Positions 59,055 to 64,000 of a stretch of DNA of 64,000 bases are shown one piece after another. Location: the NCBI RefSeq assembly GCF_003334765.1, contig NZ_QOWT01000015.1; one strand, written 5' to 3'. The position numbers and the translations under genes were made by a program. This DNA comes from Escherichia coli. GTDB lineage: Bacteria; Pseudomonadota; Gammaproteobacteria; Enterobacterales; Enterobacteriaceae. Each line of letters starts with the position of its first letter. Within the stretch, counting starts at the first letter, position 1. Below the pieces are notes generated by a model, which did not search any database, had not been told where the DNA came from, and saw only the letters and a list, made by a program, of their open reading frames with translations.

Positions 59055-60326
59055 TTACTCAATCAGCTTCAACAGTGGCGACAAGCATAGCAAAATGCCG
59101 TACAGCAGAATCAGCCAGGCTTTAAATCCGCGAAGTTTTTCCAGTTGTGCGACTTTATAGATCAGGAAAAACGGAATGAGGCACGACACAATACCATATA
59201 ACGGGCTTCCCAACTGAAAGAACACCAGCACCGATACACGAAACGAAACCCAAATCGTCAACGTAATGACGATAAAAGCGCAGATCGCTAGAGTCAGCAC
59301 GCGTGAGTTAATTTTCTTGGTATCAATAATTCGGCTTAACAGATTGAGAATAATGCCTTTAATGGCCTCGTGGAAACCGAGATAAATGCCAAAGAATGCG
59401 GTCAGTACGGCAAAGATATTAAGCACCGTAGAGGTGATATGAATGATATGCCCAGGGATCACCTGCGCGGCCAGCGCCAGTGCTGAGATATTTTGTTCAA
59501 AGGCAGAAACGGCTTCTTCGTGGCTAATTGAGAAGGTAAACGAAAAGGCAAAAAACAGGATCACCGCGATGAGCGTGATATAACTAATTCGGTGGGTACG
59601 CAGCGCGAGCCGGGTTGCCAGTACTTTATCCGCTTCCCGTTTACGATAGGCAATATTCATTGGGTTAAGTACCTGAATAAATACTGCAGAAAAGAAGCAA
59701 AATGGAATGGTAAGCAAGACATCGCGGAAAAAGACGGAGGCTTGCGGGAAGGCGGTTATATTGGCGAAATTCCAGTGCGGGATCATCGCAAAACCGAACA
59801 CGACAATAATCCCTACTTTGACCACCACCATTGGCCCGGAAATCTTAAACAGTAATCGTTCACCACCAGACGCAATCGCCACCAGTACGGCGAAAATAGC
59901 GACTTTATAAAGTAGAGATTGTGAAAGATCGGCATCGGTTAAACCGAAGGTTTTCAGGTACGAGGCGCTGTCGAAAACCACGGAGAGAGAGTAGATAAAA
60001 ATCCCGTGGATAATCATCAAAAAGTAGATAACCCCGAGGAAAATTCCCCAGTTCTTCCCCAGGTAATGACTGATAATATCGGTGTAGTCATTACAGGAAT
60101 CGCTTTCAGAAAGGGTTTTTAAATAAATGTCCTGCACTACCCAGGTGGCAGGATAAGCAATGATCGCTGCGGTAATAAATACCCAAATTCCCTTCAAGCC
60201 AATTTGTACTGGCATCAGCACGGTTCCGGCACCAATCGCCATGCCTATGCATAATAAAACCCAGCCGAAGTCGTAGCGTGTAAACGGCAATTTCTGATTG
60301 TGTTTCGATAGTGTGTTGTGCTGCAT
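59055..60326 (-). CDS. yhjV: Putative amino-acid transporter YhjV (serine/threonine permease-like)
   Basis: 423-aa polytopic membrane ORF from [11 protein letters not shown]; convergent with dppF. Confidence 0.85.
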
Positions 60327-60399
60327 AAAGTCCTGTCCAGAAAGAAGTCGGCCTCGCAAAAATGAATAAACCCAGTTTCTCTTGCGCAACAGGTGGAGA

Positions 60400-60920
60400 A
60401 GTCGAATACGCAGTATGTAAAAAATGAGGCAACAGATTCACTGGGGAGGTCGCGAGGAGGCGCAATTCTACAAAATTGCGCATTTCACTACCAGTCTGGA
60501 GTCAGCCCGGATATGAACTGCAACTATTGCAAATAAAGAAATTAAGCTGGAAGGCATCGCGCAATGAGGAAGATTGCCGGGTGCTGACAGTAAAAAGCAA
60601 TCGTAGAATCAGCGGCAAGCCGGAAAGGTTCCGGTGAGGCGCAATGTTGCGGGGGCTTTATCCCTGGTGGCATTGGTTGCTGGAGAGAGAAAACCCCCGC
60701 ACGTTGCAGGTATGCACCTGACAACACCACGGGGGCTAATCTTGACTCTAGACCACTCAAGAATAGCCGCGAAACGTTGTCATTACAACACAGGCGGCTA
60801 TATGACGTTCGCAGAGCTGGGCATGGCCTTCTGGCATGATTTAGCGGCTCCGGTCATTGCTGGCATTCTTGCCAGTATGATCGTGAACTGGCTGAACAAG
60901 CGGAAGTAACGTGTCATGCG
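60400..60920. repeat. Long direct repeat LDR-D locus (ldrD mRNA leader and antisense rdlD region); boundaries approximate
   Basis: Region carrying the ldrD peptide gene; extent inferred from the known ~0.5-kb LDR unit, not mapped from sequence. Confidence 0.4.
60802..60909 (+). CDS. ldrD: Type I toxin LdrD (35 aa)
   Basis: Translation MTFAELGMAFWHDLAAPVIAGILASMIVNWLNKRK; the 91-aa ORF 60634-60909 is an artefactual N-terminal extension. Confidence 0.85.
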   Translation: MTFAELGMAFWHDLAAPVIAGILASMIVNWLNKRK

Positions 60921-60995
60921 GGCGTCAGGCTGCCGTAATGGCAATTTGCGCCCGGACCAGGCCGCAGGGGGGAAACTCTGCGGCCTTTTTCGTTC

Positions 60996-62675
60996 TTACT
61001 GCGGGTAAGGCACCCAGTCGCCGCCGTTCAGGCGAACGTACGGTTTATCCTGGTATTGAATAACTACTGCATTTGAGTTCTCGGAGACCGGTGCTGTTTG
61101 TGGCAACCCACTGGTGAGTTTTTTCCAGTCAACATTGTCTTCGGTGAAAATCTTGCCATCGAGAACGCGAACCACCAGATCGGAGATAGCCAGGAAGCTG
61201 CTCGGTTGTTCGATGACAATCGGTGCCCCCTGATGCGGTGCCTTCATGCCGAAGAATTTCACCCCAACGGGGACGTCGGTGATAGACGGGCTAGGGATAT
61301 CACGTAGGCCAGATACCTGCATTCTGTCGCCCTTCAGCGCGCCGCCGTGTTCCGGCACCACGACCACCATCACTTTACGACCCGATTTCTCAAGTTCAGT
61401 AAAGAAGGCGTCCAGTTCATCAAAGAATTTCTGCGCCCGCGCTTTGTAATCCGCTGTTTTGCTGACCCCCGGATAATGGTTGCCGTCATGCAGTGGAAGC
61501 GTGTTGTAGAACGTGGCACTACGGCTGTTTTTATCTTTTTCGGTAACGTCCAGCCAGCGGTTAAGCACAGCGGTATCGTCATAAACCGGCGAACCATCAA
61601 AGCCCAGCAAAATAACCGGCAGATTTGTTTGATCCATCAATTCGCTCTGCATGCCGCCATTTTCGCGAACTTCTTTCAAAAAACCGCCGAACTGGCCGTT
61701 ATGTCCCATCATCAGGTGCTGGGTAAAGCCCAGTTTCGAAAGGTTATCAAACAGATAGCAGTCGTTATTTGCCGGTTGATACAGATTAGTGTGCGAAGTC
61801 TGCCCGCAGCTGGCGCGCAGTAAACGGATCGCCGCCGGGCCACTGTAGGAGGTGGCGGAGTTAAAGTTCTTGAACTCAATATCGAAATGCGACCACAGTG
61901 GATGCGACATCAACCCGGCGGCTTCTATATCCGACCAGGAAAGCGAACAGATGTTAATCACCAGTAGTTCAAATGGCTGAGCATCAGCGGGCAGCGAAGA
62001 CGGGAAGGTCGATTTACGTTTCGCCTCCGCGTTATAGAAATTATTCAGCCAGGCGTTAAGGTTCGCCGTTGTTGGCGGTGCAGTTTGTGCGGGCATATCA
62101 CCCACTACCGGTGCGCCACCCGTCGCCGCAACGGTTGCCGCTGCGTTACCACCCGTCGTTGTTACAGTGGTCGTCGGTTGTCCGGCTGGCCACAAGGAGA
62201 AACTTGGTCCCGCCAGGGTAAGTACGTTCAGCCATAGCAGTATGGCAACCACAAAAACGGTAATGCGAATCCATTGTGACAGGAATAACCAGGCCACTAA
62301 TAAAACAAAAATGGCCCCAATCATCTGCCAGTTAATAAAGCGTGTGACAAGGTCGATTAAATAATCGGTACTGAACCCCGCCACCTGCGAACCCTGGCTC
62401 ATTATGCTTTCCGGGCCAGGCAACCAGGTGTCATGCCAGAACAAAGCAAAGCCGATCGGCAGGGCAATCCAGTGGCGCAAGCGATGCAGGCTGTAGCGCG
62501 GAAGGGGCATCAGCAGAAACGCGGCAAACACCAAATTGAGGAGCGGATGGAAGTTAAGATATCCCGCCCACAACAGGCCGAACTTAACCAGAAAATAGAA
62601 GTTCCAGCCGGAAAGGCCGCGCCAGTATTGCCAGAGGGAAGAAGGCATGGCGGTATTTTGCGTAAATTGAGTCAT
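60996..62675 (-). CDS. bcsG: Cellulose biosynthesis protein BcsG
   Basis: 559-aa ORF; N-terminal TM segments plus periplasmic alkaline-phosphatase-like domain. Confidence 0.92.
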
Positions 62676-62863
62676 TTTTTGGTTGCCCTGGCTTTTTCCG
62701 TGCGGCGTAACGTCCCGGCCGGTTTAACATAACGAGGTTTAGCAAAGAACAAACGTAAGGTGTCGCGAATGCGTCGCAAAGAGTGCCGCGCCAGATAGCC
62801 CAGCGGGAAAAATATCAGTGCGCAAACGACAATAATTTCAATGATATCGCTGATGGTCATCAT
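62672..62863 (-). CDS. bcsF: Cellulose biosynthesis protein BcsF
   Basis: 63-aa single-[24 protein letters not shown]...; 4-bp overlaps with bcsG and bcsE. Confidence 0.9.
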
Positions 62864-64000
62864 GATGAGCGCTCCACAGCATCATCTAACAGTCGCATGG
62901 GTTCTGGTATTCGTCGCCAGTGGCGACCATCGTGCTCGGCATTGATGACCGGTTTAGAACTTTGCGTTAAAGGCAGCGGCATGCCCCATTGTTCTGGGGC
63001 AAGCAAGCGCATCTGCACCAGCTCGGCACTGATTTGATCATCTTCAAACCAGACCATACGGTTTGAGAAAATGTCGCCAGTAGGCAATGGGAAAATATGA
63101 TTCAACGCGGTATCCAGATCGTTAATCCGACAGAATGAGAGAAACAGCACCAGCCGATTACCGCCAATGGTCATGATATCGCCGGTACGGTTAGGGCGAC
63201 ACAGCGTCAGGGCTTGTTCAACGCGGATACCCGGTACCGGACGTAGGGCAACCAGAACGCCTTTACCGTGGGCAGGTAATAGAGGGTTATTCATCATGTT
63301 GTTGACGGCATTACAGAACACATCCCACTTCTGGAAACCACGCAGTTTGAGCGGCTGGGTCATTGACAGCAAGGTAGTGATATCTTCCGGCACATAGCGA
63401 CTAAACTTCTGCCCTTGCACGCTTTCGATCATCGTCAGACAACGGGAGAGTGGCGCATTCCACGGAATAACCATATTTGCACCGCAGGCCAATAACAAAC
63501 GTTCATCGGTGGCGCGCAGGCTAGCGGTATTTTCCCGCACGAGGATTTTCATCGCACTACCGCGCTGGCGACGCAGGGTATGAATGCTGCGGGCCAGTGG
63601 CTCGATTTGCGCATTTTGCTGTAAAGAAAAGACCACCGTCGCCGCCTGAGCGGTACGGGCTTCATTGAACAGGACTTCGTTATTGTTGAACAGTTGCCAG
63701 TGTTCCGATAGCGGCGGCGCACCTTCCAGTACAGCAACATTACTCAGAATGCGTTTTTCGTCGCTGCGTGGTTGGATCTCCGCCTCTTCGCTTTGAACTA
63801 ATGTCCAGATACCATTTTGTTGCTGAACGCTAAGCTGCTGACGGGCGCTGACCCCTTTTTCGTTGCACCAGAAGGCAATATCCAGCAAATGTTGGTCACC
63901 CTGAAAACGCAAACTGGCAAGACCAAAAAGTGAACGGTATTCCTCAAGCAACAATGAAAATTGTTTATCGTTATTATTTCCGGGATTAATTACCAAAAGC
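62860..64000 (-). CDS. bcsE: Cellulose biosynthesis protein BcsE, C-terminal part (5' end beyond the window)
   Basis: Frame open to the window edge; the start shown at 63996 in the ORF track is a TTG Leu codon in the upstream-extending frame; C-terminal sequence ...[10 protein letters not shown]. Confidence 0.88.

Overview
This window reads as an ordinary, colinear segment of an Escherichia coli-type chromosome, matching (in reverse orientation) the K-12 region rhsA–yibF–selAB–yiaY–aldB–yiaWVUT–yiaK-S/sgb–avtA–malS–bax–xylRHGF/xylAB–yiaAB–wecH–glyQS–hokA–cspA–yiaGF–ghrB–yiaD–bisC–yiaC–tag–yhjYX–eptB–proK–dppABCDF–yhjV–ldrD–bcsGFE. Gene identities are from my recognition of the translated ORFs plus synteny; no database search was run. 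I found about 58 protein genes, one tRNA (proK), five REP/BIME clusters, and several terminators and promoters. I found no insertion sequence, prophage, integrase, CRISPR array or foreign island, and no convincing novel system. The signals most worth a second look are: (1) an in-frame amber codon splitting aldB right after the catalytic ELGGK motif; (2) a single-base homopolymer frameshift that rewrites the C-terminus of lyxK and removes its ATGA coupling to sgbH; (3) a 108-bp perfect direct repeat that duplicates the 3' end of tRNA-Pro plus its terminator; (4) a hokA toxin locus with no IS150 next to it; (5) the ldrD type I toxin locus. Items 1 and 2 could equally be real pseudogenisation or sequencing errors, and need read-level confirmation.
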